A stretch of DNA of 63,246 bases from Salinivirgaceae bacterium (lineage in GTDB: Bacteria > Bacteroidota > Bacteroidia > Bacteroidales > SZUA-534): contig JAKSOL010000015.1 in assembly GCA_024405635.1 (NCBI GenBank), positions 1-63,246 on the forward strand, given 5' to 3'. Position 1 is the first letter of the stretch; the number at the start of each line of letters is the position of its first letter. Both the position numbers and the translations under genes were made by a program. The notes below the pieces were generated by a model. That model had not been told where the DNA came from. It did not search any database and worked only from the letters and a program-made list of their open reading frames with translations. Shown here piece after piece: positions 31,567-42,202 of this stretch.

Positions 31567-32661
31567 ATGCGTATCCCATTTTTAAAAAAAATAGACCTTT
31601 ACATTATTCGCAAATTCTTGGGAACGTTCCTTTTTGCGCTTCTGCTCATCATTCTTATTGTAGTTATTTTTGACATATCGGAAAAAATTGACGATTTTAT
31701 AGCCAAAGGAGCCCCAATAAAAGCTATTGTATTTGATTACTACTGCAATTTTGTCCCATATTTTGCCAATCTTTTCTCCTCAATGTTCATATTCATTGCG
31801 GTTATTTTCTTTACATCAAAAATGGCTGGCGATTCGGAGATTATAGCCATTTTGGCAAGTGGCGTGAGTTTTAAGAGGCTGATGGTTCCATATATAGTTT
31901 CGGCAACATTGTTGGCTGCATTTTCAATGCTTCTTATTAACTGGGTAATCCCACCAGCTAATCAAAAACGCATTGAATTTGAGTCTAAGTACATAAAAAA
32001 TCGTTTTGTTAACACCGACAGAGATATACATCGACAAATTTTGCCTGGCCAATTTGCTTACATGGAGAGCTATAACGCCACTTTTATGATAGGCTATAAA
32101 TTTGCTCTTGAACAATTTGAAGACGGACAATTAAAGTCAAAAATATTGGCAGACTATATACAATGGGACACAACTATAAACAAGTGGAGAATTTCCAATT
32201 GCTTTGTTCGAACATACGATAGCGTTGGAAACGAAACCATTACACAATATCGTAAAATTGATACTACTCTTAATATGGAGCCAGCCGATTATGCTCACCG
32301 CGACAATATTGTTGAAGCAATGAACCGACGCGAGTTGCTTGATTTTATTGCATTAGAGCGGATGCGCGGTTCGGATAATATTGTAGTGTGGGAATTGGAA
32401 CGCCATAGGCGATTTGCGTATGTGTTTTCTACCTTTATTCTTACATTGATAGGAGTATCGCTGTCATCGCGGAAAAGGCGAGGAGGAATAGGCTTTAATA
32501 TCGGTATGGGTATTTTGTTGGCCTTTACATATATATTATTCATGCAAGTGTCAACTGTGCTTTCAACAAATGCCGATTTGCCGCCAATAATTGCAGTTTG
32601 GGTTCCCAATATTATTTACGGACTTGTAGGAATATTTCTTTACAGTCGCGCTCGCAAATAG
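31567..32661 (+). CDS. LptF/LptG family LPS export permease
   Basis: IDLYIIRKF start, SEIIAILASGVS, 3 TM + periplasmic domain + 3 TM, WVPNII. Confidence 0.9.
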   Translation: MRIPFLKKIDLYIIRKFLGTFLFALLLIILIVVIFDISEKIDDFIAKGAPIKAIVFDYYCNFVPYFANLFSSMFIFIAVIFFTSKMAGDSEIIAILASGVSFKRLMVPYIVSATLLAAFSMLLINWVIPPANQKRIEFESKYIKNRFVNTDRDIHRQILPGQFAYMESYNATFMIGYKFALEQFEDGQLKSKILADYIQWDTTINKWRISNCFVRTYDSVGNETITQYRKIDTTLNMEPADYAHRDNIVEAMNRRELLDFIALERMRGSDNIVVWELERHRRFAYVFSTFILTLIGVSLSSRKRRGGIGFNIGMGILLAFTYILFMQVSTVLSTNADLPPIIAVWVPNIIYGLVGIFLYSRARK

Positions 32662-32800
32662 CTGAGTTATACTTGTTTTACGTTAGTGTAGGTATTTTGC
32701 AAATTGTTTTGTCTGCAAATACTAATATATAGTTAGTAAAATGAGGTTTGTTTGGCGTTTTCTTTTTCTTACTTTCGCCCCTCACAACTAATCATATCTA

Positions 32801-34519
32801 ATGCAGAAAAAGTGGATAATAAAAGAACGCCCCGATGATGCGGTGGTTGACTCGTTGGCTAAAGCTATAAACGTTAGCAAGCCAATAGCTCAACTGCTTG
32901 TGCAACGCGGCATTACCACTTTTGATTCAGCTCGCGATTTTTTTCGACCAGACATTAAAAAACTCTATAATCCATTCTTGATGAAAGATATGGATAAGGC
33001 TGTGGCGCGACTAAACAAGGCAATTGTTGAGCGCGAAAATGTGTTGGTGTATGGCGATTATGATGTTGATGGCACTACTGCTGCAGCAATGATGTATGTC
33101 TTTTTGAAAAGCAAGTGCCGTAATGTGTTTTACTACATTCCAGACCGATATAACGAAGGCTACGGTATTTCGTACAAAGGCATCGATTTTGCCGACGAAA
33201 AACAATGTAAACTTATTATTGCGCTCGATTGTGGAATAAAGGCAGTGCAAAAGGTGGAGTACGCCACTTCAAAAGGCATTGAATTTATTATTTGCGACCA
33301 TCACGAAGAGGGAGAATCGTTGCCTCAAGCTGTTGCTGTACTTGATCCAAAGCGTTCCGATTGTAACTATCCGTTTAACGAGCTATCGGGTTGTGGTGTG
33401 GGCTTTAAGCTAATTCAAGCCTATTCTTTGCAATATAAAATACCTTTCTATCAAATTAAGCCATTTCTCGATTTGGTAGTTGTTAGTATAGCCAGCGACA
33501 TTGTTCCAATAGTTGATGAAAATAGGATTTTAGCTTATTACGGGTTGCGCCAATTAAACTCAAATCCTCGCGTGGGGTTGAAGGCCATTATGGACAAGTC
33601 GAAAATGGAACCTGGTAACCTTAAGATAAACGATATTGTTTTTAAAATAGGTCCTCGTATTAATGCGGCTGGTCGTATGGACTTAGGCCAGCATGCTGTC
33701 GATTTGCTTGTTGAGCGTAATGCACAAACAGCCTACGAAATGGCAAGCAAGATTGAGGATGACAATACAGAGCGCAAGACTCACGACCAAAATATCACTC
33801 AAGACGCCCTTACTATTATAAATAGTAGCGATTCTATGAAGGAGCGTAAAACTACTGTTTTGTATAATCCTATGTGGCACAAGGGTGTTATTGGTATTGT
33901 GGCTTCGAGATTGATTGATTATTATTATAGGCCGACTATAATTTGCACAAAATCAAATGGCTATATAACGGGTTCGTGCCGTTCAGTGGCAGGATTTAAC
34001 CTATATTCAGCTATTGAAAGTTGTCAAGAATTGCTTGAAACCTTTGGTGGTCACATGTATGCGGCAGGATTGACAATAAAAGAAGAGAATTTGGAGCGCT
34101 TTGTTACCAAGTTTGAACACGTGGTAAGCGAAATGATTACTCCTGACGAAATGTCGCCACGTATTGATGCCGATTTGGAACTTGATGTTGCAGAAATAAA
34201 CGACCGATTGTATCGTATTCTTGAGCAGTTTGAACCTTTTGGTCCCGGTAACATGTCGCCAGTGTTTGTGAGTCGCAATGTTTGTGATGGAGGTAGTGTT
34301 ATGTGCGTAGGAAAGGATCAAGAACATTTGAAATTCTCGGTTTCAGATGAAAGTATTTTGCATTCAATTCCAGCAATAGCTTTCAGGCAATCGTCGGCGT
34401 ATGAGTTCGTAAAAGATCGTAAGGCGTTTGATGTTTGCTACTCAATAGAGCCAAACTCGTATCGAGGCAAGCGCTCTATTCAGCTTAAGGTATGCGATAT
34501 TAAGGCATACGGTAAGTAA
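32801..34519 (+). CDS. recJ: Single-stranded-DNA-specific exonuclease RecJ
   Basis: YGDYDVDG, PDRYNEGYG, ALDCG, ICDHH, GPRINAAGR, GGHMYAAG, FEPFGPGN. Confidence 0.97.
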   Translation: MQKKWIIKERPDDAVVDSLAKAINVSKPIAQLLVQRGITTFDSARDFFRPDIKKLYNPFLMKDMDKAVARLNKAIVERENVLVYGDYDVDGTTAAAMMYVFLKSKCRNVFYYIPDRYNEGYGISYKGIDFADEKQCKLIIALDCGIKAVQKVEYATSKGIEFIICDHHEEGESLPQAVAVLDPKRSDCNYPFNELSGCGVGFKLIQAYSLQYKIPFYQIKPFLDLVVVSIASDIVPIVDENRILAYYGLRQLNSNPRVGLKAIMDKSKMEPGNLKINDIVFKIGPRINAAGRMDLGQHAVDLLVERNAQTAYEMASKIEDDNTERKTHDQNITQDALTIINSSDSMKERKTTVLYNPMWHKGVIGIVASRLIDYYYRPTIICTKSNGYITGSCRSVAGFNLYSAIESCQELLETFGGHMYAAGLTIKEENLERFVTKFEHVVSEMITPDEMSPRIDADLELDVAEINDRLYRILEQFEPFGPGNMSPVFVSRNVCDGGSVMCVGKDQEHLKFSVSDESILHSIPAIAFRQSSAYEFVKDRKAFDVCYSIEPNSYRGKRSIQLKVCDIKAYGK

Positions 34520-34680
34520 TTTCAGTTGTTGTATTCAATTAAGTAAAGTTGCGAGCATGCAGGCATGCTTTGTTGTGCTTGCGTGTGCCCGAAAATAAAA
34601 AAAGCCCTTTTCGGGCATTGAGGAACGAAACTTAAGGGCAAAAAAATAAGGCTCACGCCTTTTCTTTTTTTTCTCTCTTT

Positions 34681-34712
34681 CTGAAAAGGACACATTCGCG
34701 TGTCCTTTTCAG
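34681..34712 (-). terminator. Long hairpin downstream of the 34737-35393 gene (one of several hairpins at 34550-34712)
   Basis: ctgaaaaggacac-attcgc-gtgtccttttcag perfect 13-bp inverted repeat. Confidence 0.65.
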
Positions 34713-34736
34713 TTTGCTTTCGTGCGATTGTTTTCT

Positions 34737-35393
34737 CTATTTATTTTCCTTTTTGAAATCGAAAGCATAATCATCGCCATCGTAAGCGATTAAAACTTGA
34801 TAGTTGCCACCGTTAAGTTTGCTGAACTCAAGGTTTTTCATCAAGTCGTTCTCCTCAACAGCTGAATAAAGTTCATCACCGTTTGAGTTTACAACTTTAA
34901 GTGAGATTTCTTTACCCTTAATGTTTGGCAATTCAACCATTGCGCGAGTGCCATAGCAGCGGAAGATAGGGTCAACTACTGCGTAACCACCTCTAATTAA
35001 CTCTCCGTCTTTGATAGTGAAGTTGCGCTCAACCGTGTTTGTTTTGCTTTTTGCAGATACGGTGTAAGTTCCATCTTCAAGGTTCAAGAATTCGAATACA
35101 CGAACGCTTTTGCCTGCTTTTTTAACACATTCACTATATAGAACTTCGTTGTCGCTAGTTTTGATGCTAACAATGCAACGGTCGTCAGTTTCGTTTTCAA
35201 ATGCTATAGATGCGCGAGTGCAAGTGATGTAGCGAATTGCTATTTTGTTGTTGCAAACGCTGTCGGTGCTGTTGCCTTTTGCTGATGTGAATATTGGCAT
35301 TAGAATCAGCATGGTTGCCAATAGACTCATGATTACTGCTGTGAAGGCGTCTAATCTCATTAGGTTTCCTTCGTTGTTGCTTAAAAGTTTCAT
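34737..35393 (-). CDS. Secreted hypothetical protein with two tandem DUF3244/T9SS-CTD-like beta-sandwich repeats
   Basis: Signal anchor followed by two repeats of the form I...G..LYS...F..L..G.Y.V. Confidence 0.55.
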   Translation of the reverse strand: MKLLSNNEGNLMRLDAFTAVIMSLLATMLILMPIFTSAKGNSTDSVCNNKIAIRYITCTRASIAFENETDDRCIVSIKTSDNEVLYSECVKKAGKSVRVFEFLNLEDGTYTVSAKSKTNTVERNFTIKDGELIRGGYAVVDPIFRCYGTRAMVELPNIKGKEISLKVVNSNGDELYSAVEENDLMKNLEFSKLNGGNYQVLIAYDGDDYAFDFKKENK

Positions 35394-35836
35394 CTTTTCC
35401 TCTTTTAAATTGTTTTCTTTTTCCTTTTTCGACGATGCAAAAGTATAACGTACTTTTATTGTTGTGTTAAAATTGCAACAAAATAGTGTTATTATGTTTT
35501 CTATTTAACAATAATCAAAATTGTAAATAATTGATAAACAGAAGGTTGCCTTTATGCAAACGTTGCGCATAAAAAGTTGCGTAAATGAAGTAAAATGGCA
35601 GCTTTTTTTTCTTAAAACGGTCATTTTTAAGCTTTTTGGGCTTAAAATTGAGTGTTTTTTAGTGCGAGAGATTTTTAAAAATGCAACTTGTTGATAAATA
35701 GGTAAATGTGCGTTTTTAATGACATATTGCACACATACAATTTGACATTTTAGTATGTTGCGAGCTGCAAATAAAGCAAAACAATAGTAAGCTCCTTTGT
35801 GGGGAGATGCATAGGTTTAATAAAGAAAGTGTTGGG

Positions 35837-37159
35837 TTAGTACATTTTGATAACCAAAACTTGTTTTGTAGTGTCGGTTATCTTGAAACGATTGTCGGGG
35901 CGGTAACCTGCAACCCAAATAATTTGATTGTTGCTAGTAAGAACTAATGCGCTCTCTTTGTCGAGTCGGTTAATCTTGTTGTTTATGAAAAAGTTACTCA
36001 ACTTTTGTTGCTTATTCATTCCAAGAGGGTAGAATGTGTCGCCGTTTTGCCATGAGCGTATTGTTATGGGTAATTCTATCTTTTCAAAGTCGAGGCAAGC
36101 TACGTTAGATAGCTTTATTAGTTCAAAGTTTTCAATATCAACGACTTGCATTTCAAAAGTTGAGCCGTTTGCTTTTGTTGTGCCAATTTGTTCAACCTGA
36201 ACATTTGTTGTTTTATTTGTAGTTGGTTCTATTATTATGTATTGGCGGTCAATTAGCAGTTTGTGGCTGTTGCTAAAAAATAGTTTGCCACTCTCGCCGT
36301 TTATTAGTGACAATATGCGTTTGGTTTGTTCGTTGTTAAATCCGTAATCTGAAAGTATTTCGAACAAAACTGTTTCGGCAAACTGTTCGTTGATAAGCGT
36401 TTGCTTGTCAATTATGGTTTTGCCATTAATGTTTTTTACCATTCGTAGTTTGGCTTGCTCAACGTAAAAGTTGTAAATGTTTGCTGCTTGCGACAGATTG
36501 TTGAGGTTTTGCGCCATTCGTTGCTCAAATTGCTTATTTATCTGCTTAAATGCAGGTACAATGTGGTGTCGAATGTAGTTTCGTTGATAATCGTCGCTGA
36601 GGTTTGAGCTATCGGTGCGAAAGGCTAGTTTGTTGTGTTTGGCAAATTCTTCTATTTCAGTACGAGTTGCAAACAATAGTGGTCTTGCAATGTTACCGAC
36701 AAGTGGTTTTATTCCTGTAATGCCGTTAATTCCTGTCCCACGATTTAGGTTAAGCATCAGTGTTTCAATGTTATCCGAAAGGTGATGCCCTGTTGCAATA
36801 CGTGTAAAATTATTTTCGGCTGAAAGTTGCTCAAACCAATTGTAGCGTAACTCGCGAGCGGCCATCTCAATTGATAGTTTGTGCTCAGCTGCGTATTCTT
36901 TTGTGTTAAATGATTTGCAAAAGAGTTTGACGTTGTATTGTTTGGCTAGTTGTCTCACAAAATCTTCGTCGCCATCAGATTCTTCGTTCCGAAGGTTGAA
37001 ATTGCAGTGAGCAATCTGTGTGTTGTATCCACATTTTACTAATAAATGAAGCAACACAACAGAATCGGCGCCGCCGCTTACTGTTGCAAGAATTTTGTCG
37101 TTCTGGCTAAATAGTCGGTTTTGCTTTATAAATTTTTCAAAAGCGATTTGACTAACCAT
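35837..37159 (-). CDS. tilS: tRNA(Ile)-lysidine synthase
   Basis: SGGADS, AHCNF, EMAARELRY, TGHHLSD, RPLL, DSSN, RNYIRH. Confidence 0.96.
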   Translation of the reverse strand: MVSQIAFEKFIKQNRLFSQNDKILATVSGGADSVVLLHLLVKCGYNTQIAHCNFNLRNEESDGDEDFVRQLAKQYNVKLFCKSFNTKEYAAEHKLSIEMAARELRYNWFEQLSAENNFTRIATGHHLSDNIETLMLNLNRGTGINGITGIKPLVGNIARPLLFATRTEIEEFAKHNKLAFRTDSSNLSDDYQRNYIRHHIVPAFKQINKQFEQRMAQNLNNLSQAANIYNFYVEQAKLRMVKNINGKTIIDKQTLINEQFAETVLFEILSDYGFNNEQTKRILSLINGESGKLFFSNSHKLLIDRQYIIIEPTTNKTTNVQVEQIGTTKANGSTFEMQVVDIENFELIKLSNVACLDFEKIELPITIRSWQNGDTFYPLGMNKQQKLSNFFINNKINRLDKESALVLTSNNQIIWVAGYRPDNRFKITDTTKQVLVIKMY

Positions 37160-38378
37160 TAATATCTCTGTCTCTAAATCCGAGGAAGTAAAGAATGGTG
37201 TCCAAGCCTCCAGCTGAAATTGAATGCTGAGCTGACTCTTTTACTTTAGGTTTAGCATGGAAAGCAATTCCCAAGCCTGCAAGTTTAAGCATAGGCAAGT
37301 CGTTTGATCCGTCGCCTACTGCAATAACTTGTTCCAAGTGAATATCTTCTTTAAAAGCTAAAAGGTTTAGTAGTTCGGCTTTGCGAGCGCCGTCAACAAT
37401 TTCGCCAACATGACGGCCTGTTAGTTTGCCGTTTGCTATTTCAAGTTCGTTGGCAAATACGTAGTCAATGTCTAGCTTGTTTTTTAGATAGTTGCCAAAG
37501 TAGTTAAATCCACCCGAAAGTATGGCTGTGCGGTATCCGTAGCGTTTTAGTGTTTTAAATAAACGCTCGGCACCTTTGGTGAGAGGCAAGTTTTCGGCAA
37601 TGTCGCGCATTACAGATTCGTCAAGACCTTTCAATAACGACACACGTTTAATAAAACTTTGTTTGAAATCAATTTCGCCACGCATGGCCGATTCGGTTAT
37701 TTTGCTCACTTCGTCGCCAACACCTGCACGTTTTGCAAGCTCGTCAATAACTTCGGTTTGGATTAGGGTAGAGTCCATATCGAAGCAAACAAGACGACGA
37801 TTGCGGCGGAATACGCTATCTTCTTGAAACGCAATATCAACACCACCTTCGCGGTTTGAGATGTTGATAAAATCGAGTTTCATTTGCTCAATGTCTTTTG
37901 GTACACCGCGCACCGAAAATTCAACAACTGCGTGCGATTGCTCGTCTTTTGAGTTCATTGACACACGTCCGCTGATACGTTTTATCGAGTCGATGTTTAG
38001 TCCTTGTTCTGCTACAACAGCCGAAACATTTGCCATGTGTTCGGCTTTAAGCACGTGCGATATTAAGGTAACTATGTAGCGTTTTTTACCTTGGTTCGAT
38101 ACCCAATCTTCGTATTTATCGGTTTGGATTGGGGTAAATTTTACGTTAATACCTAGCGAGTATGCTTCGAAAAGCAAGTCTTTTAGAAATGCAGATGAAC
38201 CTGATTTGGCGGGAACTTCAAGCAAAATGCCCAAGTTAAGGTCATCGTGGATAACCGACTGGCCAATGTCGAGAATGTTGATGTCGTATTGCATCAAAAT
38301 CTTTGTAATAGACGCGGTTAATCCGGGTTTGTCGTGTCCCGATACGTTTAACAGTATGATTTCGTTTTTGGTGTTCAT
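37152..38378 (-). CDS. serB: Phosphoserine phosphatase with ACT domains
   Basis: GHDKPG ACT domain, FDMDSTL, LSGGF, GDGSND. Confidence 0.95.
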   Translation of the reverse strand: MNTKNEIILLNVSGHDKPGLTASITKILMQYDINILDIGQSVIHDDLNLGILLEVPAKSGSSAFLKDLLFEAYSLGINVKFTPIQTDKYEDWVSNQGKKRYIVTLISHVLKAEHMANVSAVVAEQGLNIDSIKRISGRVSMNSKDEQSHAVVEFSVRGVPKDIEQMKLDFINISNREGGVDIAFQEDSVFRRNRRLVCFDMDSTLIQTEVIDELAKRAGVGDEVSKITESAMRGEIDFKQSFIKRVSLLKGLDESVMRDIAENLPLTKGAERLFKTLKRYGYRTAILSGGFNYFGNYLKNKLDIDYVFANELEIANGKLTGRHVGEIVDGARKAELLNLLAFKEDIHLEQVIAVGDGSNDLPMLKLAGLGIAFHAKPKVKESAQHSISAGGLDTILYFLGFRDRDING

Positions 38379-38391
38379 GGTATTAACTTGA

Positions 38392-39108
38392 TTATTTAAC
38401 TGTTACGTGTATGCATTTTGTTGCTTTCTCTTGAATTATGTAGCATTTTTCTTGAGCTTGAAGGTCGAGTAAAGTGCGAATTAAAATGTTTCGTAATCGT
38501 TTTGAGTGAAATACTTTGTCGTCGTTCACCTCGTAAAATTCTTCTTCAGGAATATCAAACGATCGTCCGTAGTAGTGCGATGTCATGTTTTTGGTGGCAT
38601 TTACATTTTTTTCGCGCAGTTTGTTTTGGCTTTCTATTGTGCGCAAAACCGATGAAATGCCATATCTATATGGTTGTATGCCAGCCTCTTCAAGATTTTT
38701 TTTGAATTCTTTGCCTAGTGTCGTTAAAAAATCAACTGCATCGCGTTGCATGTATGGAATTGACATGGTCAAACCTTGAAGTTTGTAGTAGTTTGAGTTG
38801 TCGTAAATGCGGCGCAGTTTGTAATCAACTATGTATTGCGATTGGTTGTTGTCAAAGTCGGCTTTTGAGGCAAGTGGCTCGGTCATTCCGCGACTGCGAG
38901 CTACTTCAAGGTGCATCTCGTTTGTGTATTGGTGCATGGCTCTTATCTCTTGTTGGCTTAGTTCGCTAACAGGTACTTGGGTAATTTTTTTAAGATGCGT
39001 TTTGGGGGAGTTTTTGGGTATTATGAATATGATAGCTACTATAATGGCAACAACTACCAAAATAAATCTGATTAGTTTTCTAACGCTTAAATGTCTGCCT
39101 TCAAACAT
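38392..39108 (-). CDS. DUF5715 family (M15 peptidase-like) membrane-anchored protein
   Basis: SVLRT..Q, SHYYGRSFDI, CIHVTV. Confidence 0.75.
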   Translation of the reverse strand: MFEGRHLSVRKLIRFILVVVAIIVAIIFIIPKNSPKTHLKKITQVPVSELSQQEIRAMHQYTNEMHLEVARSRGMTEPLASKADFDNNQSQYIVDYKLRRIYDNSNYYKLQGLTMSIPYMQRDAVDFLTTLGKEFKKNLEEAGIQPYRYGISSVLRTIESQNKLREKNVNATKNMTSHYYGRSFDIPEEEFYEVNDDKVFHSKRLRNILIRTLLDLQAQEKCYIIQEKATKCIHVTVK

Positions 39109-39276
39109 GTGTCCTTTTTTTTAGCAACGCAAAGTTAAAAGATTGAGCCAAAGCAAACCTTGCTCAATGTTCGTTTTTTCTCAAAAATAATAGCTGCTTT
39201 GCTTAGGCGTGCAAAACAGTATCAAATGTATTATCTAGTCTGTGTAAAAAATGATAGTCGGGACGGTGCCGATTAC

Positions 39277-39723
39277 TTATTTGAGACGCACTTTTACCAC
39301 AACTTTTTTCACTGCCGAAGGCTCATCGCATTTCAAACAAGGAAGATGAAGGTCGTCGGGGAAGAAAATTGCAAACATTCCTTCTTTTAGTGTAATTGTC
39401 TCGTAATCGCCTTCAAAGAAAGCAATGTCGCGCTCGTTTGAGTAGGGTATCGATTCGGTTTGGTTGTTGAATTTTGCAACACCAATTTTTTCTTGGCCAG
39501 AAATAATATATTGAATATCAATGTATTCGCGATGGCCTTCAAGTTGGCCGCTACTTTTGGTAATGTAGTCGCTTATTGATGCAAAAATGTCATTGCCGTC
39601 AATTGGGTATTTGCCCTCTTGATACTCCGAAAAGTCGGTTGATTTGAGGTATTCAAACGCGCGTGCAAATAGCGGATGAAGTTCAATGTATTGTGTGTAG
39701 TTGGCAATGTTGTCAATAACCAT
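39277..39723 (-). CDS. YhcH/YjgK/YiaL (DUF386) family protein
   Basis: EGHREYIDIQY, FAIFFPDDLHLP, VKKVVVKV. Confidence 0.92.
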   Translation of the reverse strand: MVIDNIANYTQYIELHPLFARAFEYLKSTDFSEYQEGKYPIDGNDIFASISDYITKSSGQLEGHREYIDIQYIISGQEKIGVAKFNNQTESIPYSNERDIAFFEGDYETITLKEGMFAIFFPDDLHLPCLKCDEPSAVKKVVVKVRLK

Positions 39724-39803
39724 AGTTAGTCGTTTTTTTTGAGCGCGCAAATGTACAAAATAGTTGAGACCGTGGTGGTGGGGCAAATACTTTTTTGTGC
39801 CGA

Positions 39804-41357
39804 TTATTTAAGGTATTCTGCAGCCGATTCAGCGCACCGTTGGCCATCGAGAGCTGACGATACAATGCCACCTGCATAACCTGCCCCCTCACCACATGGA
39901 AATAGTCCTGCTATTTGAATATGCTGTAATGTGTCTTTGTCGCGAGGAATGCGTATTGGCGAACTTGTACGGCTTTCAACGCCTATAAGAGTAGCTTCTG
40001 ATGTATAAAAACCATGCATCTTGCGGTCAAATGCAAGCAATCCCTGTTGCAGGCGTTTGCCAATTTCGGCGGGCATCCACTGGTGCATGGCCGAACTGGC
40101 TATTCCAGGACGGAACGACGATTCGGGCAGTGATGATGAAATTTTGCCTTCCACAAAGTCGGTAACACGCTGTGCTGGCGCTATTTGGCCACCGCCACCA
40201 CTGGCAAACGACAGTTGTTCGTAGTTCATTTGGTAGCGTAGTCCGGCTAAAATGTCGTTTGGCGATTGCATCAGGTCTTCGGCTCTTATTTCAACTACCA
40301 AACCTGAGTTTGCCCAACGTGTGCCGCGAGTTGATGGCGACATTCCGTTAACCACCATTTCGTTTGGCGATGTTGATGCTGGTACTATTATTCCTCCGGG
40401 GCACATGCAAAACGAATATACTCCACGTCCATCAACTTGATGCACAAGGCTATATGCTGCAGCAGGTAGGTATTGGCTACGTGTTTTGCACGAGTATTGT
40501 ATGCTGTCAATTAGTGCTTGTGGATGCTCAATGCGCACGCCCATTGCAAACGATTTTGCTTGAAGCTCAACTCCTTGATTGTAAAGCGATTGGTAAACGT
40601 CGCGAGCCGAGTGCCCTGTGGCTAGTATAACAGCTTTCGATTCAATTTTTGTTCCGTTTGTTAGTTCAACTCCGCAAACTTTGTCGCCGTTAAGCATCAG
40701 TTTAGCAAACTGTGTGTTAAAATGAACTTCGCCGCCATATTCTACAATGGTTTTGCGAATGTTTTCAATAATTCCAGGCAGTTTGTCGGTGCCAATGTGT
40801 GGGTGGGTGTCAACTAAAATGTCGGGTTTTGCACCGTTTGCGTTTAGCACTTGCAACACAAACGATATGTCGCCGCGTTTTTTTGAGCGAGTAAATAATT
40901 TTCCATCGGAGTAAGTGCCAGCACCGCCTTCGCCAAATCCGTAGTTTGAGTTTGGGTCAACACCTTCGTTGCGGTGTATTTGGGCCACGTCAAAGCGACG
41001 CGAGTGCACATCTTTTCCGCGTTCAATTATTATTGGTTTGTATCCAAGTTGCAAAAACCGAAGTGCGGCAAACAATCCACCAGGACCAGCGCCAACTATC
41101 ACAACTGGAGTTTTGTGCTCAACGTTTTGGTAACGAAAATCAATTGGCTGAGGTTTTTCGGGCTGTTGGTTTATGTAAACATCCATCCGCAAACTTATTT
41201 TAACCCGGCCATGTCGAGCGTCAATCGAGCGGTTTTTTAATTGGCAAAATGTTATCTGCTCTTTGCCCACTCCAAGTTGGCGAGCCACTACTGGCAAGTA
41301 ATATTTTTCGTCGGATGCTACTTGCGGGTCAACGGCAATAACCAATTCTTTTACCAT
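39804..41357 (-). CDS. FAD/NAD(P)-dependent oxidoreductase
   Basis: VGAGPGG, FGEGGAGTYSDGKL, FCMCPGG, PCGEGAGYAGGI. Confidence 0.9.
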   Translation of the reverse strand: MVKELVIAVDPQVASDEKYYLPVVARQLGVGKEQITFCQLKNRSIDARHGRVKISLRMDVYINQQPEKPQPIDFRYQNVEHKTPVVIVGAGPGGLFAALRFLQLGYKPIIIERGKDVHSRRFDVAQIHRNEGVDPNSNYGFGEGGAGTYSDGKLFTRSKKRGDISFVLQVLNANGAKPDILVDTHPHIGTDKLPGIIENIRKTIVEYGGEVHFNTQFAKLMLNGDKVCGVELTNGTKIESKAVILATGHSARDVYQSLYNQGVELQAKSFAMGVRIEHPQALIDSIQYSCKTRSQYLPAAAYSLVHQVDGRGVYSFCMCPGGIIVPASTSPNEMVVNGMSPSTRGTRWANSGLVVEIRAEDLMQSPNDILAGLRYQMNYEQLSFASGGGGQIAPAQRVTDFVEGKISSSLPESSFRPGIASSAMHQWMPAEIGKRLQQGLLAFDRKMHGFYTSEATLIGVESRTSSPIRIPRDKDTLQHIQIAGLFPCGEGAGYAGGIVSSALDGQRCAESAAEYLK

Positions 41358-41360
41358 AAC

Positions 41361-42074
41361 TTATTCAAAATGAATTAGTAAAGTGACCATTTTTGACCCA
41401 AGTCGGCTAAATGCTTTGGTGAATTCAGTATTGTCGTTTTTTGCTACATTCATCAGTCCGTAGCTGAATTTAAGCTCGGTTGAGTATTTGAAGTATTTCA
41501 AATAATTGTCTAAACCTACGCTGGCCTCTAGGTAAAGGTCAAACTTGTTAAGGCGAATTTTAGGTTTGTCTTCGGCTTTAATTTTTTTGCGAGCAGCTAG
41601 GTCAAAAACTGGATTAACGCCCAGTGTTACGTAAGGTCGATAGTTGCTTTCGCGAATGGCTCGATATTTAATCAGAGTGGGGAATTGCAGCAGCGTTGTC
41701 TCAATGTTCATATTGTGGGTTCGCAACACTTTTGATGCTACATCGTCGTGAAGCATGTATTTCAACGTACGTTGGCTAAACAAAAGGCCGGGAATGATGC
41801 GTGCGTCTAAATTTTCGGTTAGTTTGGCATTTGCCACCATGCTTGCGCCAAACAAAGCTCCGCCGCTGTATTCAACGCTGTAAACGGTGTCGAGTTTGTT
41901 AAATTCGTCGGAGTGATTTATTACAAAACCCATTCGGCCAAGCGAAAACGAAAACCCAAAATGGTATGGCTCAGCATCGTAAAACGGTTTGTGCCAAGCT
42001 TTTTTCTTTTGCGCGTCGGCGTTGACAAATGCCGATAGCAGAATCAATACTATAAGTGTGATTTTCTTTATCAT
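41361..42074 (-). CDS. porT: PorT family outer-membrane beta-barrel (type IX secretion)
   Basis: YD..PYHFGF, RPY, YLKYFKYSTELKFSYGL, C-terminal HFE. Confidence 0.8.
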   Translation of the reverse strand: MIKKITLIVLILLSAFVNADAQKKKAWHKPFYDAEPYHFGFSFSLGRMGFVINHSDEFNKLDTVYSVEYSGGALFGASMVANAKLTENLDARIIPGLLFSQRTLKYMLHDDVASKVLRTHNMNIETTLLQFPTLIKYRAIRESNYRPYVTLGVNPVFDLAARKKIKAEDKPKIRLNKFDLYLEASVGLDNYLKYFKYSTELKFSYGLMNVAKNDNTEFTKAFSRLGSKMVTLLIHFE

Positions 42075-42202
42075 AAGGCTCGCAAATGTAGAAAAATCAA
42101 TTATGATTTATGAATGTTGTTTAGTGGTTTGTAAATGATTGATTTTTAGAATTGTATGCAATAAACTTTTGTTCACCGCACAAACTCTGTATTTTTGTCG
42201 CT

